From IMG/VR virus record IMGVR_UViG_3300034061_000981, positions 1 to 64,000 of that record: DNA of 64,000 bases, one strand, 5' to 3'. A program made the translations under genes and the position numbers. Every line of letters starts with the position of its first letter. The first letter of the stretch is position 1. This document shows, piece after piece, positions 11,101 through 26,500 of this stretch. Origin of the DNA: a virus. The notes beneath the pieces were generated by a model. The model was not told the origin of the DNA. It did not search any database and was given only the letters and a program-made list of their open reading frames with translations.

Positions 11101-11474
11101 TGTTCAAACCATTATTTGGACCTAAGGCAGCACCTGCGTTAAGAGGAACAATTAAAGTTATTAAAAATTCTAACACCAGTGCGAGTGATAGTGAGATACG
11201 TAGTGCAGTACTAACACAGATGAATAATTATTTTAATATTAACAATTGGAACTTTGGAGACACGTTTTATTTCACTGAACTAAGTGCGTATATTCACGCT
11301 GAGATAGGTGAGTTAGTAAGTTCTTGCGTGTTAGTACCTAACGATCCTACAATGCATTTTGGAGATTTATATGAAATTAAATGTTTGCCTTATGAGATAT
11401 TCGTAAATGCCGCAACAGCAAATGATGTAATAGTTATTGCCGCACTTACACCCGCCGAATTACAAATAGCATAA
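8103..11474 (+). CDS. gp6: Baseplate wedge protein, gp6-like (enlarged)
   Basis: Motifs DFKSYDYETLR, ENFIDTAERRDSV..LA.L.SY.PKR, FGDGVF, and RESLANIK.RAP..YYTQNRMVN.EDY (baseplate J/gp6 signature). Confidence 0.88.
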   Translation: MATSSRQSAIFGVNDWKQIYQTFSQADFKSYDYETLRKTFIDYLRVYYPETYNDYIESSEFIALLDVMAFMGQGLAFRNDLNTRENFIDTAERRDSVIKLANLVSYTPKRNLAGQGYLKVTSIQTTQNITDLNGFNLSNIPVLWNDPANSNWLEQFNTIVNATLINTQKIGRPGNTAQIIGVKTDEYTMQIPAGTLPVVPFSSQVDGINMGFELCSVSTVGEDYVYEIPPAPTNRFNMLYRNDKLGYGSPNTGFFFYFKQGTLQNFDFTLQQKISNQVVDIDIQGVNNTDTWLYQLSENNGSLGLWKQVNNIYADAYLQTESSFKDIFSVNSRFNDQVSYVFGDGVFSNIPVGNYRAYVRSGNALTYTVDPTEMQGISITFNYVSRVGRQESLTVGLSLQVPVSNAQTRESLANIKQRAPTRYYTQNRMVNGEDYTNFPYTLYSSIIKSKAINRSSVGVSKNLDLLDPTGKYSSTNSFANDGAIWAIDDVESVPLVINNSGDIITFLTDTLASILSDNRSTQYYLQNYTRYNVNTTTGDGVVYWQTSTVNANSGTGYFYNIQNGDVSPISVGTYSTTNAKYITKGALLQFTAPAGFYFDNNNRLVSGISTPTTKTYIWTTVLNVVGDGSNNSQGSFANGTGPITLNGYVPTEAILSVVLPAFDNILPNSVIQECRVRMDLQQDFTLVFNNSLTIAQNRWSVENVNNPDFFVLFDSNAYNRYTVGYRSLAYYFGSVADTRFTYEAGKLVYDPFSGQILQDFVNVLATNTQPGSNYPLVNNISASVVGQPVQPDGYIDDFEVEIASINVNDRTLVNDPDFFNQITGYVNGNTNIGIYVFFRTIQDAINLARTQIVPSTEVSYQYPTKTQIEVVKYDYPVGQLFYAYSENDFYRSVQDQTVTTPSYILVIQRDYGVLPGRQGLQFQYRHNSNNTTRINPATTNIIDLYVVTQAYYTAYQNYIQDSTNTVPEPSRPTITELTSYYPQINDYKMLSDSAILNSVVFKPLFGPKAAPALRGTIKVIKNSNTSASDSEIRSAVLTQMNNYFNINNWNFGDTFYFTELSAYIHAEIGELVSSCVLVPNDPTMHFGDLYEIKCLPYEIFVNAATANDVIVIAALTPAELQIA

Positions 11475-11477
11475 GTA
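11470..11477 (+). promoter_or_regulatory. Possible late promoter variant (CATAAGTA)
   Basis: Variant of the TAAATA box overlapping the gp6 stop, upstream of the 6408-aa gene. Confidence 0.35.
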
Positions 11478-11502
11478 TAATATAACCATAGAGAATTTTA
11501 TA

Positions 11503-14500
11503 ATGGCAACAAGAATTAGAACGCTGAATTTTTTACCTGAGATATTTAAAACTACAACTAATAGCCAGTTTTTACAAGCTACATTAGACCAGTTAGTTGC
11601 TCAACCTAGTACAAAAAGGATTGAGGGATATATAGGTAGTACATTTGGCTATGGTATCAATGCAAAAAACAAATATGTTATAGAACCAACCAAAGTTAGG
11701 ACAGATTATCAATTAGATCCTGGTGTTGTTTTCTTAAAAGAAAACGACACAACTGCTAATGATTTTATTAGTTATCCTGGTATAATTGATGCATTAAAAT
11801 TAGAAGGCGCTATTACCGGTGACAATAGTAAATTATTTACTAGTCAATTTTATTCTTGGGATAGTTTTACAGATTTAGATAAAATAATTAACTTTAATCA
11901 GTACTACTGGTTACCGGAAGGGCCTGATCGTGTAATTATTTCTTCTGATATTATTTACAACTCAGTAAACTTTACAGTAGTAGATCAAGCAAATGATTAT
12001 CTAATTTCATCAGATATTAATCCAGTAGGTACTCCAAATCCAACACTTACATTATTACGCGGTGGTACATATACGTTTGGTGTAAATCAGGCTACACAAT
12101 TTTGGATTCAAGGTGAACCAGGAGTAACTGGTTATAGTTTAACTCAACCAAACGTACAAACACGTGACGTTTATGGTGTAACTAATAATGGAGCAACTAA
12201 TGGATTAGTTACATTTGTTGTACCTGAAAAGAATGCGCTAGATGAATATAATTTCCCATTAGGTCCCACATGTGGAGTAGTATCTGATTTACCTTTTAGT
12301 CAAGTTAATGGTGCGATTGTTTCTGACATTGGTGGTATTGATGGTGTTACTGCACTTGACGGTTTAACTGTAATGTTTTACAATACAGGTGTTGTTGATG
12401 AATATGGATTTGTATCAAAATTTTACGACCAAACATTATATGATGAAGATGGTGGTTCTTCTTATGCATATCCAGGAACTGAAGAAAACCAACTTAACTT
12501 TGATGGTGGTTACTTCACTGAAGTAAGCGCATATCTTTACAACATAACAATATTACCTGGAAATGTAATACAATTAACACCTGCATCTCTAATACCAACA
12601 AATCAAACAATCATTCCTTCATTTGGTGTTAATTATGGTAATAGAGAATTTTATAGAAATGTCGCCGGCTCCATTCAATTAGTACCATACAATAGTGCAA
12701 TATTGGATCAACTATATTACCAAGATGGATCATCACCTACTAAAGTTGGTGTCATTAGATTAGTTGATAACAATATTACAAATGAAATTAATGTATTAAC
12801 TCAAATATTAGGTAAGAAAAACTATACTGCACCCAATGGTGTTGTGTTTACTAATGGTTTGAAAGTACTATTTCAAGGTAACGTATACCCAGAATCATAT
12901 AACAATGTAGAGTATTATGTTGAAGGTGTAGGTACTGCTATCGAACTCATTCAGGTTGACTCACTAATAAGTCCAGGCCTGTTTACTGAAGGCGTGTTTA
13001 TCCCATGGGATACTACCCCATGGGATATTGGTAATTATGATTCAGGATTGTACATTCCAGTAGAACAAGATTATATTACTATTGCAAGAAATGCAATTAA
13101 TCGTAATGCATGGTCACGTAGTAATCGTTGGTTCCATATAGATGTCATCAATGCGACTGCAACATATAATAATGATCCTACCCTAGTAACAGCATGGGCT
13201 ACACCTGATAATAAAGCTAAACGTCCTATTATTGAATTCTATCCTAACTTACGTTTGTTTGATTCGGGTGTATTAGGTAAAGATCCTATCGATTACATTG
13301 ATACCAGAACAACTGATGCATTTACTTTAGTCGCTGGTCAAGAAAGTTATTATCCTGATGTAGCAGGTTGGTCAACTTACGATGCAACTATTGCACCTGC
13401 TAACTATCCGTCACCGATAACTGATAAAACTATACTATCAACAGAAGCATTAACAAATAAAATTGTAATGAATAATACAATAGGATTGTATGTAAACGAT
13501 ACTATTTCAGTAGCTAGCGTAGTTGGTGATGACCCATTGGCTAATCCGCCCATACCCGGTTTGGTGCCAATTGTACCCGGAACGGCTGGTACTATACAAA
13601 AGTATTATATTACAGAAATATCAGGTAACAAAATAACTGTTTCAACAGAGATACAAGGAACACCGGTTGTACTTGCAACAGATACTCCTGTTAGTCCAGT
13701 AACTACAACAATTTATTCTTACAGTTCAACTATTACAATAGCATCATCAGATGTAAGTGGGTTGTTTGAAGCTGGACAATATATTATTGATTCTGCCGGT
13801 ATATTACCTGATATAACTTATATTAGAAATGTTAACATTGTTGGTTCCGATACTATTATTACTATAGGTTGGGATAGAATTAACTATTCAATGATTGGCA
13901 CTACGGTTGACCCTGAAACCGGAACTACCGGTGTTTCAGTAGTAACAGCAGATACACCATTAAGTAACTATGCATTGTTTGATGGAGCAAGAATTGTATT
14001 TGCGGCAGATGAAAATTTAAGTGTTAGAAATAAAATTTATATTTCACGCTTTTCAACAATTACTCCTAACACAACACCTGTGATTACATTAACGGAAGCT
14101 CCACAAGGAGATGTGTTACCGGATGAACAAACTGCCGTATATCGTGGTTATAACAATCAAGGTAAAGATTTTTACTTTGATGGTATTGAATGGTTTGCTG
14201 GACAACAAAAAATAACTGTCAATCAAGCACCATATTTTGATATATTTGATAGTAATGGAATAAGTTTAGGTAATGGAACCGTATATGTTGGTACATCATT
14301 TACTGGCAGTAAATTATTCAGTTATGGATTAGGCGTTGGTGCTGACGACCCTGTATTAGGTTTTCCTCTACGCTATTCATCTATAGATAATGTAGGTGAT
14401 ATTAGTTTTGATGTCACATTAAACTCACAAACATTCAATTATGTTAGTGGTACCGAACCAATAACTGAGAATGTAAATACAGGCTACGTTTATAATTATA

Positions 14501-17500
14501 CCGACAGGGTTAACTATACTCGTCAGTTAGGATGGCAAACTGCGGTATCACCAAGCGTACAGTATCAAATTTTTGAATCTGATTGGTTTGCAACCACATC
14601 ATCAAATACATTTACATGCGATGTTGCTCCAATGAGTTCATCTGAGACTACTTGGCCTATTGTACAAGTTTATATTAATAATAATTATCTTGATCCATCT
14701 AATTATACAGTAACATCAACCGATACATCAACAACGGTTACAATTCCAACTATCAGTGCAATCGATACAGTTGTTCAAATATTAATATTAAGTAATCAAG
14801 TAAGTAGTACTGCATATTACGGTATTCCTATTAACCTAAGTAATAATCCATTCAACGAAGATGTTACAACAGTTAATATAGGTGACATACGTGGTCAGTA
14901 TCAAAGTATTTTCTATAATAATCCAAACACTACTGGTGAAATTTTTGGACCTAACAATTACCGTGACTTGGGTAATATGGTGCCATGGGGTGACAGAATT
15001 ATTCAAAACAGTGCGTCATTGGCATTGCCTGGCACATTCCTACGCAAACAAAATCTTAATTTATTCAATTCATTGTTGTATAACAGCAGACAATATATTA
15101 CATTTAAAACGTTGCTAGTAGATACAATTAACAATGCAAATTATTCAACCAGATTAACACCGGCACAAATGCTTGATGGTGCAATGGATCAAATTACATC
15201 AAATAAGACTGACAGTCAGCCCTTCTTCTGGAGTGATATGTTGCCATCTAAGTCAGCATATATCAGCAATACATACAGTTTTGCTAACTCGCTTGATGTT
15301 AGTATCTATCCATTAACTAAAGTTTATAATTTTACTACTGCAAATTACAATGGTGTATTAGTATATCTAATACGCAACGGAGTAACAACTCAATTGATTA
15401 CGGGTATTGATTATACAGTAAGCACTACGTCCCCTTCATTAACAGTAACAAAAGATTTATTACCAAATGATCAAATTGTAATTAACGAATATAATCAAAC
15501 ATATGGTTCATATGTTCCAAATACTCCTACAAAATTAGGATTGTACCCTGCGACTATTCCTTCTGTAACATTAGATACAGCATACAACGAACCTACTTAT
15601 TTTATTGTTGGGCATGATGGTTCATTTACTAAGTTATATGGCAACTATGATCCAGAAACAAGTACGCTAGATGACTATAGAGACCAAGTATTATTAGAAT
15701 ATGAAACACGTGTATATAACAATTTGAAGTTAAGCAACGTTATTCCTATAGAATTAACAGACATTTTACCTGGCTTCTTTAGAACAACTGATTATACATA
15801 TGATGAATTTTTGCAAATCTATTCTGAATCTTTCTTAAATTGGGTAGGTGAAAATAGAATCAATTACAAGAGACAGTTATATAATACAGCTAACCCCTTC
15901 ACTTACAACTATGACAATAACAGTAGTAAGATAGCTAATACTTTAATTCAACAGGGTTATTTTAGAGGATTGTATTTGTATTATTATGATACTTCTACAC
16001 CAGATACTACCCCATGGCAAATGATAGGTTATGCTAATGAACCTACGTGGTGGACAAGTCGTTATGGCGCGGCACCTTATACAAGTGACAACTTGGTATT
16101 GTGGGGAGACATGGCTGCAGGTATCGATTGGAATAACGGTAATCCTGTAGTAATACCTAAATATGTTCGTGATGGATTGCTTAGTGTAATCCCAGTAGAT
16201 AGCAATGGTGATTTATTGCCACCAACAATTTCTATTTTAGGAAATTATAACGCCAGAACATTTAATCGTGATTGGAAAGTCGGCGACGTTGGTCCTGCAG
16301 AATTCTCATATCGTAGAAGTAGCACATGGGTATTTGACTTGATGCGAATACTTGCATTGACTCGTCCTGCCGCATTCTACAACTTAGCAGTTGACATTGA
16401 CAATTACAAATATAACGCTGAATTTAATCAGTTCCTAGTAAATGATAGAAGTCATTTGAATGTTAAAAACATTCCAATATATGGTACCGGGACGCCTGCG
16501 ACTAGCTATATTAACTGGATTGTTGATTATGAAAAACAAGCAGGTGTAGATGCAACATCTAACATCACTACATTATTAGATAACTTAGATGTGCGTTTAA
16601 TATATCGTATAGCTGGCTATAGCGATAAAGATTTGTTACAATTCTATGTTGAAAAGAGTTCAGCAAATAGTAATAACAGTTCATTGTTGATTCCGGACGC
16701 AAGCTATCAAGTATTGTTATATGATAATCAACCGTTTGATAAGATTGTATATTCAGGTGTTGTTATACAGATAACAGAGAATGGTTATAAAGTATTTGGC
16801 AACTCACAAACCAACGCATACTTTACAACATTAGTACCTAAAAATAATGGAATTACAGAATCAATCACCGTAGAAAATTTAACAGTTAAGTTAGCAACTG
16901 AATTTTATAATAGAACCGTATTGGTTCCGTACGGAACTGAATTCTATTCAGCACAAGAAGTAGCACAGTTCTTAAATTGCTATGGCAAATATTTAGAATC
17001 TCAAGGTGTAGTATTCGAGCAAATTGAAAATGCTATACCAGTTAACTGGCCACAAATGGTTGCAGAATATATGTACTGGTCGCAAATGGGTTGGGAAGTA
17101 GGAAGTATTACTACAATCAACCCTGCGGCTACATTATTATCTATTGATCGTGACAGCTATATTGTACAACCATTAACATTACGCCAACAAAATTTTGTAT
17201 TGAATCAAAACTTATATCCAATACAATCAACTGATTTGTCTATTGTACGTGAAGGTACTGCTTTCACTGTTCAACCATTGAATCAAGGTGATGCAATTAG
17301 TTATGGTCAATTTAATATCAGTAACTTTGAACATGGCATTGTGTTCAGCAATGTAACATTGTTTAACGATATAATTTATAATTTGATTACTGGTTTAAGG
17401 CAGAACCGTATATTTGTACGTGGTGCAAAGACAGCAGAGTGGAATGGTACAGTAGATGCATATGGATTTATTCTTAACCAAGATAATATTCAACAATGGA

Positions 17501-20500
17501 ATAGCGAATTCAAATACACTAAAGGGGCAATTGTTCTTTATAAGAACAGATATTGGAGTGCATTAGGTATTGTCCAAGCTAAACAATTATTTGATGAACG
17601 TGATTGGAAAGAAATTCCTTACGGTGAGATTCAAAAGGGATTATTACCTAATAGTCAAACACGTTCATATGAAAGTTCATTATACTACAGTTCAGATAAT
17701 GCAAACTTAGAAAAAGATGCTGACTTATTAAGTTTTAGTTTGATTGGATATCGCCCAAGAGATTATCTAGCAATTGCTAATTTAACAGATATTACTCAAG
17801 TAAATGTTTATAAAAACCTGATTAAAGAAAAAGGCACATTAAATGCCGCTAGTGCATTTAAGGGTGCTACATTACCACAAGGTGGCATTGATTATGACAT
17901 TTATGAAAACTGGGCTATCAAGTCAAGTGAGTACGGTGGCGTTTTAAATAACAACTTTATTGAAGTTAGGCTACAAGAGCCGGTACTCACTGGCAATCCT
18001 AGTATTGTTGGTTTAACCAATGGTGTTTATACTGAAGGTGTTCAACAGGAAATACCATTGTATTCTATCTTTAATTACGGTAGACCAATCGATTCTCCTG
18101 ATATATTGCCTACAATCAGTTCAACTGAACCATCTAACTTATTACCTACAGCAGGATATGTAAACTATAATGACGTTAAAATGTCAAGTTATTTTTATTC
18201 TGGGTTATCAAACGCACGTGATGCGTCTGGTGTAAGAGTACCTATCAATAAGTTTTATATACGTGATTATGTTTGGTTAGCAAACTATCTAGCTGATTGG
18301 CAAGTTTATACTCCTGTAAGTTTAGGTTCAATTATTAACGCTAAAAATAATTTAAATGGTACAGTTACTATTACTTTTAGTCAAGCACATAATTTAATTA
18401 AGTATCAACTTTTTGCAATATTAAACTTTAATACACAAATTAACAATTATTATGTTGTGGCTGGGGTAGTAGATCCATTTAGAGTTATTATTAATCTATC
18501 ATTGTCACCTAATATAACTAATTTAACTGGTCAAGGTGTTGGCTTCAGAATGCAAAACCAACGTGTTGCTACCGCACCGGAAATTGCAGACTTACCATCA
18601 TTAATTGATAATGAGTTTAACAAATTAAAAGTTTGGGTTGATACTAATAATGATGGTAGTTGGGCTGTATTCCGTAAGTCATTAAACTATCAATATGATA
18701 AAGAAATTTTAAAAGATAATAGTCAATCATTTGGTAGTGCAGTAGCATATACGCCATCGATGGGTTATTTAATTGGTGATGCAGAAGCAGGTGAAGTATA
18801 TCGTTATTCATATGATATTAAAACTGATTCATATATTATTGACCAAACTATATCAGAAGGTCCGTCTTTTGGATCTACTATTACATATGTAGATGATATA
18901 TTTGTAGTATCAGAACCTACAGGCACACCAAAAGTATACATTTATGAACTAGTAACCACAACATTGGTTAATGACATACTTCCATATCAAACTATTAGCT
19001 CACCGGAAAGTTATATAACTAACTGGGGTAGCGCAACTGCGCTATCAGGGGACAAGAATTGGTTATATATTTCTGATACAGTAAACAATAGTGTTCACGT
19101 TTACCAAAAGTCAACGTTAACTGATTTGTACGAGGCTTCACATATTATAGTAACTCCAAATACAGTAAATGTTGGTAATTTGATGGCAGGGTCTGAATAT
19201 GTTATACAGACAGTGGGTACAACGGATTTCACTGCATTAGGCGCGTTATCTAACAGCGTAGGTGTTATATTTACTTGTAATTCTAGTTCACAAACAGGTA
19301 CAGGTGTAGTAACAGTTGCTGGGGATAAATTTGGATATTCAATTGCAACAGATTATTATGGTGACACAGTAGTAATTGGTACACCTTATCAAAACTATGA
19401 TGTTAATACTGAAAATTATGGTTATGTATATGCGTTTGCAAGAACAGTTCAGAACTTTGAAGTTCAAAGCACAAGTCAATCATATGTACCGCAGTCATTC
19501 CCGTTGTCATGGACTCCAACCTCAGCCACCATAAATGCTACAGCTATTAGTAGCAATGTAATTACAGTAAGTGACTTAACTGGATTAGGAATATCAGCCG
19601 GCGCAACGGGTACCGCAATTATCTTTACTGGCACCGTATTTGGTGGTATATCATTAAATCAAGTATACTATGTTAAATCTATTGTAGATTCAACACACAT
19701 TACAATTTCATTAACACGTGATGGTACAACAATATCATTAACCAACAGTTCTGGTTCAATGACAGCGGTACCACAAACATCACCTCTATACGTAAGTGTT
19801 AACGGTACTTTAATTGAAGATAACACTTATGCTGTAATCAGTTCAACGTTGTATGTCTATAGTGGTCAGACACCAACATTAAATGCAGGTGATATTGTCA
19901 ATGTAAGTGGTTCTAACTTTGTATTAAATCAGATATTAACAAATGAAGAAACACCTAGAGTTGGTGTAGAGTTTGGTACAAGTGTTGATACTAATAATTT
20001 TGCAAATGAAATACTAGTAGGTGCCCCGTTTGAATTAAACGATAAAAATCAAGAGGGAGCAGTACATAGATATACCAATGGTGGTGAGAAATATGGTATT
20101 ATTATTGGTACACAAAACTGCAATATCACTACTCCTAGAACAATATTATTAAATGGCTATTCAGTAACATTACCGGTTGGTAATGCAACACTCGCATCTA
20201 ATGCTATTAATCAAGCTATCATCACTAATATTACATCAACTGCAATTGATGGAAAACTTATCATTCAATTAGTAGATATAGCAATTGGAGTACCAAGTAA
20301 CAAATTATCATTGACTGTATTAGATAGTGCAACACTAGCTGAGATGGGAATAACTGTTTATACTCAAACTCAGAAAATTCTTTGTCCTCGTACCACTGGA
20401 CCAACACAATTTGGTACTGTAATTAAATTCAATGAACAAGGATCATTTGTGGCAAGTGCGCCAATTGGTGCACGTTATACAGCAACTACTTTTGATTTTA

Positions 20501-23500
20501 CTGATGATGAATTAGATAACGATACAGTGTTTGATAATAATGCCACTCAGTGGATAGATACATTTACAAATGCAGGTGCAGTATACATGTTTGATTATTT
20601 GTCTGCATATAACGAAAGTTTAAACAATCCTGGTAAGTTTGTATATGCACAAAGTACAAATGCACAAAACTTAGATTATGGTGCTCAACCAATGTATGGT
20701 CAAGCAATTGATTTTAATAACAATCGTGTGATTGTTGGTACTCCTAACTTTAATCCAGTTCTAAATGCAGAAAATACAAATGGTCAAGTAATTAGTTACA
20801 TAAGTGCAAGTAGTGAACCTGATTGGTCAGTATATAGAAGTTCAGCACCTATAGTAGATATTAACAGTATAGGTCCTATACAGTTGTTTAGTGCTTCAAC
20901 AAATAACACATTAGAAAATTTAGATTACTTTGATCCATTGCAAGGTAAATTATTGGGTGCAGTACAAGAAAACATTGATGTTATTTCAAATAGTGACCCG
21001 GCTGCCTATAATAGTCCGGGTAATACTCAACGTGGTTTAGTATGGGGTGCAAGTCAAGTTGGACAACTTTGGTTCAATACATCTAACACACGATTTGTTA
21101 ACTATCATCAAAACGATGTGATATATAATAGTCAATATTGGGGAAGAGTATTTACCGGCAGTGATGTTGCTGTTTACTCTTGGATAGTTAGTGATGTGCC
21201 TCCTACACAATATGCAGGCCCGGGAACACCATTCAATATTAACACATTTGCTGTTCATGCTGTGCTCAATACTGAAGGCACAGTAGTACCAGTTTATTAT
21301 TATTGGGTAAGAAATACTAACATTGTATTTGATCAACGTGGTAAAACTCTAGCAGATTCAACTATACAATCGTATATTGCACAACCACAGAATGCAGGCA
21401 TTAGTTATTTTGCACCATTACAATCTGATATTTTTGGATTATACAATAGTGGTGCGTATATAAATGCAAATGATACTATATTACATATTGGTTATGCAAC
21501 AGGATCAAATGATGATGTTTCCTACAATCAATTTAGTTTGATTCGTGCAGGATATCCTGATGACTTTTTAGATGGCTTACCTGGATCTGGCGCGGCATAT
21601 CAAAGTAATAATGGTTCGGGGATAACTCAACCGATTGGTTTATATAATAGAATGTTAGATAGTTTGTCAGGCGTGGATACGACAGGAGCAGTAGTACCTA
21701 ACCCATTCTTACCAAAAGCAGTGCAGTCAGGTGTGCTTGCTAGACCACGACAAAGTTTCTTCTATAATAGATATGGTGCATTGAAAAATTATTTACAATA
21801 TGCTAATGCAGTATTAGCACAGTTCCCAATAATGGAAACTAGAAATTCACAATTCTTATATACAGTGGGAGATATTAACCCGTCTACAATTAATAATCCT
21901 GATTGGTCTGGTCCTCCTTTACTATTCTTTGATACACCAAAGTATTGGAACTTAATTAACTGGTGGGCTCCTGGGTACAACGATAACACACGTGCAACAT
22001 TACAAGTTGCTATATATGCTGATTTAGCAACACTAAATGCTGATGTGGGTACTATTGTTACTGTAGCCACAAACGGTGCAGGTAATTCAGAAACATACAT
22101 ATATGAAGCTAATGGCACATGGACTAGAATTGGATTAACAAATGGTACTATTGAGTTTAGTAATTACCTTTGGGATTATTCTGCGGCAAGATTAGGTTGG
22201 GGAGATAATTTCTTTGACACTACACCATATGATACATATCCAAGCGAAGAAACACGTTACATCATTCGTGCATTGAATGAAGAAATTTACACAAACGAAT
22301 TATTAGTATATAGAAATAAGAGTTTGATATTGTTATTTGAATACATTCAAAGTGAGACAATTGAAAGTCAAAATTACTTACCATGGTTGAACAAAACGTC
22401 ATTCATTGACGTATCACATACCATTCGTGAGTTACGTCCAATTGAAGTATTCCAATCTGACTATCAAGATTTCTTAAGTGGCTACTTAAATGAAGTAAAA
22501 CCATACCACGTAGTTATTAAAGAATTCTTGTTTAAGTACACCGGTACTGATGTATTTGAGGGAGACATTACTGATTTTGATTTGCCCTCACAATGGAGTT
22601 CATCAACACAAACATTCATAACACCTCAATTAGTATATGAAAATTCAAATAATGTTAATGAATTCTTACCAACTAACCCTATATGGCAAAACCCTTCATA
22701 TAGCCAATGGTATCAAAATTATGGTTTAAGCATTGTTGGTCAAAATGCATATCCAATATCAATTTTAGAATCATATGTATCATTAAATTCTTCATCACTG
22801 TATGTTACTAATGCCAATGGCTTCCCTGTAGCTGGAACAATTTTAATTGGCACTGAATTAATTACATACAATTCAATTGATTTAGCAACAAATAGATTGT
22901 CAGGTTTATTTCGCGGAGCAATGGGAACAGAGATTCAAGTTCATATACCAGGAGAACAAATCATAATAGATTTGCCTGCTGTATTAGTGTTGAATAGTGG
23001 CCGAGCATATATAAATCCTCCATTGATTACAGCAAATATTGATACTACAATATACCCTGCACCAAGAGTACCTGCTCAACTTGAGGCTATAATGAGTCTT
23101 GACAAGGTTATCGGTGTAAATGTAATTAATCCGGGATCAGGATATGCTGTATTACCCACAATTGATATTCAACCTGCTATTGTAGTTAATGTACCTAGTA
23201 CTAGTATAAACTTAATTAATAGTACAATTGAATTAACATCAGCAGTACTACAAACAGGTGACTTGATTGTTTATAATATTGGTTCATCTTCAACTCAAAT
23301 TGGTGGTTTGTCTATTGGTCAACGTTATTATGTAAAATTATTAGAAGCTACACCATCACCAATTATTGCTCTTTACAGTACATACATTGATGCGGTAAAC
23401 GACCATAATCGAATTGTACTAGTTAGTACGGGCACTGGTACGCAGACATTTAGTGTAGGTGCGTATGCATCCTGTGTGACTAGCGCAACGCCAGTAAGAG

Positions 23501-26500
23501 AAAACAACATCACGTTGCGTTTTGATAGAACATCATACACTTCTAAAGTTGTAGATTGGGAACCGGCTGGTTTTTACGGTTCATTCTATGCAGGTGATTA
23601 TTCTAATGATCAAATTTTTTCTTCATCTTCAATTAAATTGTACAGCACTGACCCGCCTATTGGTGGTATTCTTGCTGGTGAAACATACGGAATTACTGCA
23701 TCAGCACAAGGCGGAGTATTCCAAATATTAGATGTTGAAAATGATCAGGTATTAACATGGTCCTCACGTACAAGAAATACAATACAAACGTACGGCCCCT
23801 CATCATTGTATCCAAATACTATTCGTATTAATCCTAGTACAGGTGGTGCTGAAGTAGCCGGAGAGATTGGTTCTACCATTGGTTTCTATGTTGGTATGCC
23901 AGTTAAGTTTGTTGGCGCTGTACCAGTAGGTAGTTCAATCGTATCTTCTAGCCCTACAACAGATGTTATATATTATGTTAAATCATTGGTAAAATTACCA
24001 AATCCTGATAACCCAAGTGAATTACAAGATACTGGCTTTACAATATCAGATTCAGTAAACGAAGATGGTGTGCCAGCTGGTGTTAAAAACTTATTAGTTT
24101 CCGCTAATGTACCAACTGCCGGTTTAACATTATATGTTGGTCAGTTAACTAACACTGCGGTAATGACTATCAACTACAATAGTTTAAGAAACGCTTCAGC
24201 TACATCAGCAACTAATAATACTGTGACTGTTGATTTAACTGTTACCGGTCAAGATGGTACTACTGAATTCTTCACAGGACTTCCTATCTTCTTTGTTGGT
24301 ACTGAGTTTGGTGGGATTATTGAAAATAGAAAATATTACGTAAATGCAGTCATTGATAGTACTTCATTTACTATGACTGAAACTACTGATCCTACAATTA
24401 TTTACTGTACAGCAACGACTGGTACTGCGGGTAATTTAATTCTATGCCCGACAACTATTGATTTAAGTGTAAATGATCCTGTCATATTCAATGGTATGGG
24501 TATTAATGGTAATGCAGTATCAAATTTTGGTGGCATTGAAAGCGGAACTACTTATTATATCAAAGATATTAACAATGGTTCTTTTACATTAAGTGAGTCA
24601 ATTAATGGTTCGATTTTTGTATTAACTGACCCCCCAATTACAGCAAGCAACTTTACAATTGCACCTATGTTATTACAAACTGAAGTTGTTCAGTTAACAA
24701 ATGCTACTGGCTCAATGCAATTAAATATTGATAATGGACTAAGTCCAGGACAAATTACAGGTCAACAATTTACATTGTACGGCCAAGCTGGTCCCTTTAT
24801 AGATGTTTCAGGCACTGCATCTAACTTGATAGACAGAATTCTTACGTCTACTAGAGCATCTACCCTTAACAGAGTAACATTGGCTACAGTAGGTGGCGGC
24901 ACAACTAGTATCTATGCAAACATGCTATTCAACGTTTCTGCAAATATTGGTGGACTAACTACAACAGGTGGACCATATACAGTAACTGGTTTAGGTACTA
25001 CTGCTGTTAATATTTCTGCTACAAATCCTACTGGTAACTGGTTAACAGTAACGCCGGTGACAGAGTATTTAGATACAACAGCCGCATTATATGAAGGCAT
25101 GCCAATATACTTTACTAATCAATCTTTAGGTGGTGTATCGTTGAATACTGTATATTATGTACATACTATAGGTACAGGCGGTGATGCAGGTAAAATTAAA
25201 ATATCTGAAGATGTAAGTTTAACTACAGTGTTTACAATTATTAGCAGTCAAACAGGCGCAATGATAGGTACCGGAGAACAGTATATTACAACTAGTACTG
25301 CATTGACAAACGGAGTATCGGTTGGTGATAGCACAAGTCTAACACAGTCAGTTGGAACACCAGCAGAATTTGACGTTGGTGCCATCTTAGGTGGGTATAC
25401 TGCTTCTATCGTACAAGTTTTGGCTACTAGTATTGAAATTGGCAAAACTTATACCATCGTGACCTTGGGAACAACTAATTGGAATACTATAGCGGGAACA
25501 TCATTGGTTACTTATGAAGTTGGAGATGTGATTACTGCTGTTGCGTTAGGAACAGGTACTGGATCTGCTTCATTGAATGGGAAGGGCTACGCACTCAACA
25601 ATGTTATTACAATCTTAGGTACAAATTTGGGTGGAACGAGCCCAACAAACGATTTATCATTGACAGTAGCTGCCATTAATTCATACGGTGGGGTTACATC
25701 CACGATTACTAGCGGAACACCTGCAGGATTAGAAAACAAATATTACTTGAAAGTAATAAATCAAGATCAGGTAGAAGTATATAGTGATCCTAATTTAACA
25801 GTTCCAGTAAGTGGTCAAAACTTCCCGTATGTTGGGGCAACAACTACAACCGCAACTGAAAGTGATGGTACTACAGAAATAATTACAGTAGACAGTTCAA
25901 CATATTTTGCAGTTAATGATCCGGTTGTATTTACTGGTAATGTATTTGGTGGCGCAAATCTAGTAGCGGGTCAAACTTATTATATTATATCTAAACCTAC
26001 ATCAACGACTGTAACTATTTCAAATTCAATTGGTGGTAGTGCTGTTAATTTAACAACATCTACTGGTATAATGACAATGGCTAAATCAGGTGATTATGCT
26101 GTATTACCTCAACCGTTCTACTTTGATCCAAGTATTGTAAGATACAGAAACAATGTATATCAGTGTATAATTAGCAACAACGACTCAGAATTTATCATAG
26201 GTAAATGGGAATTGCTATCATCTGGTAGCAGGAAGTTAAATGCATTAGACAGAATTGTTGGTTACTATAAACCAAACAAGACCGATACAGAAGCATGGAA
26301 TCAATATATTAATATGCCCGGAGATGATTTAACTCAATTGGTTAGTGGTATAACTTACCCCAATAGTACATATTTGGGTAATGCTTTCCCCCCGGCGGAA
26401 GAATATACACTTGATACTATATTAGTTGATCAACCATTCTATCCAACTGGCATCGATTTAAAAGCAATTACATATGGAGACAAATATATAGCTGGCTCTG

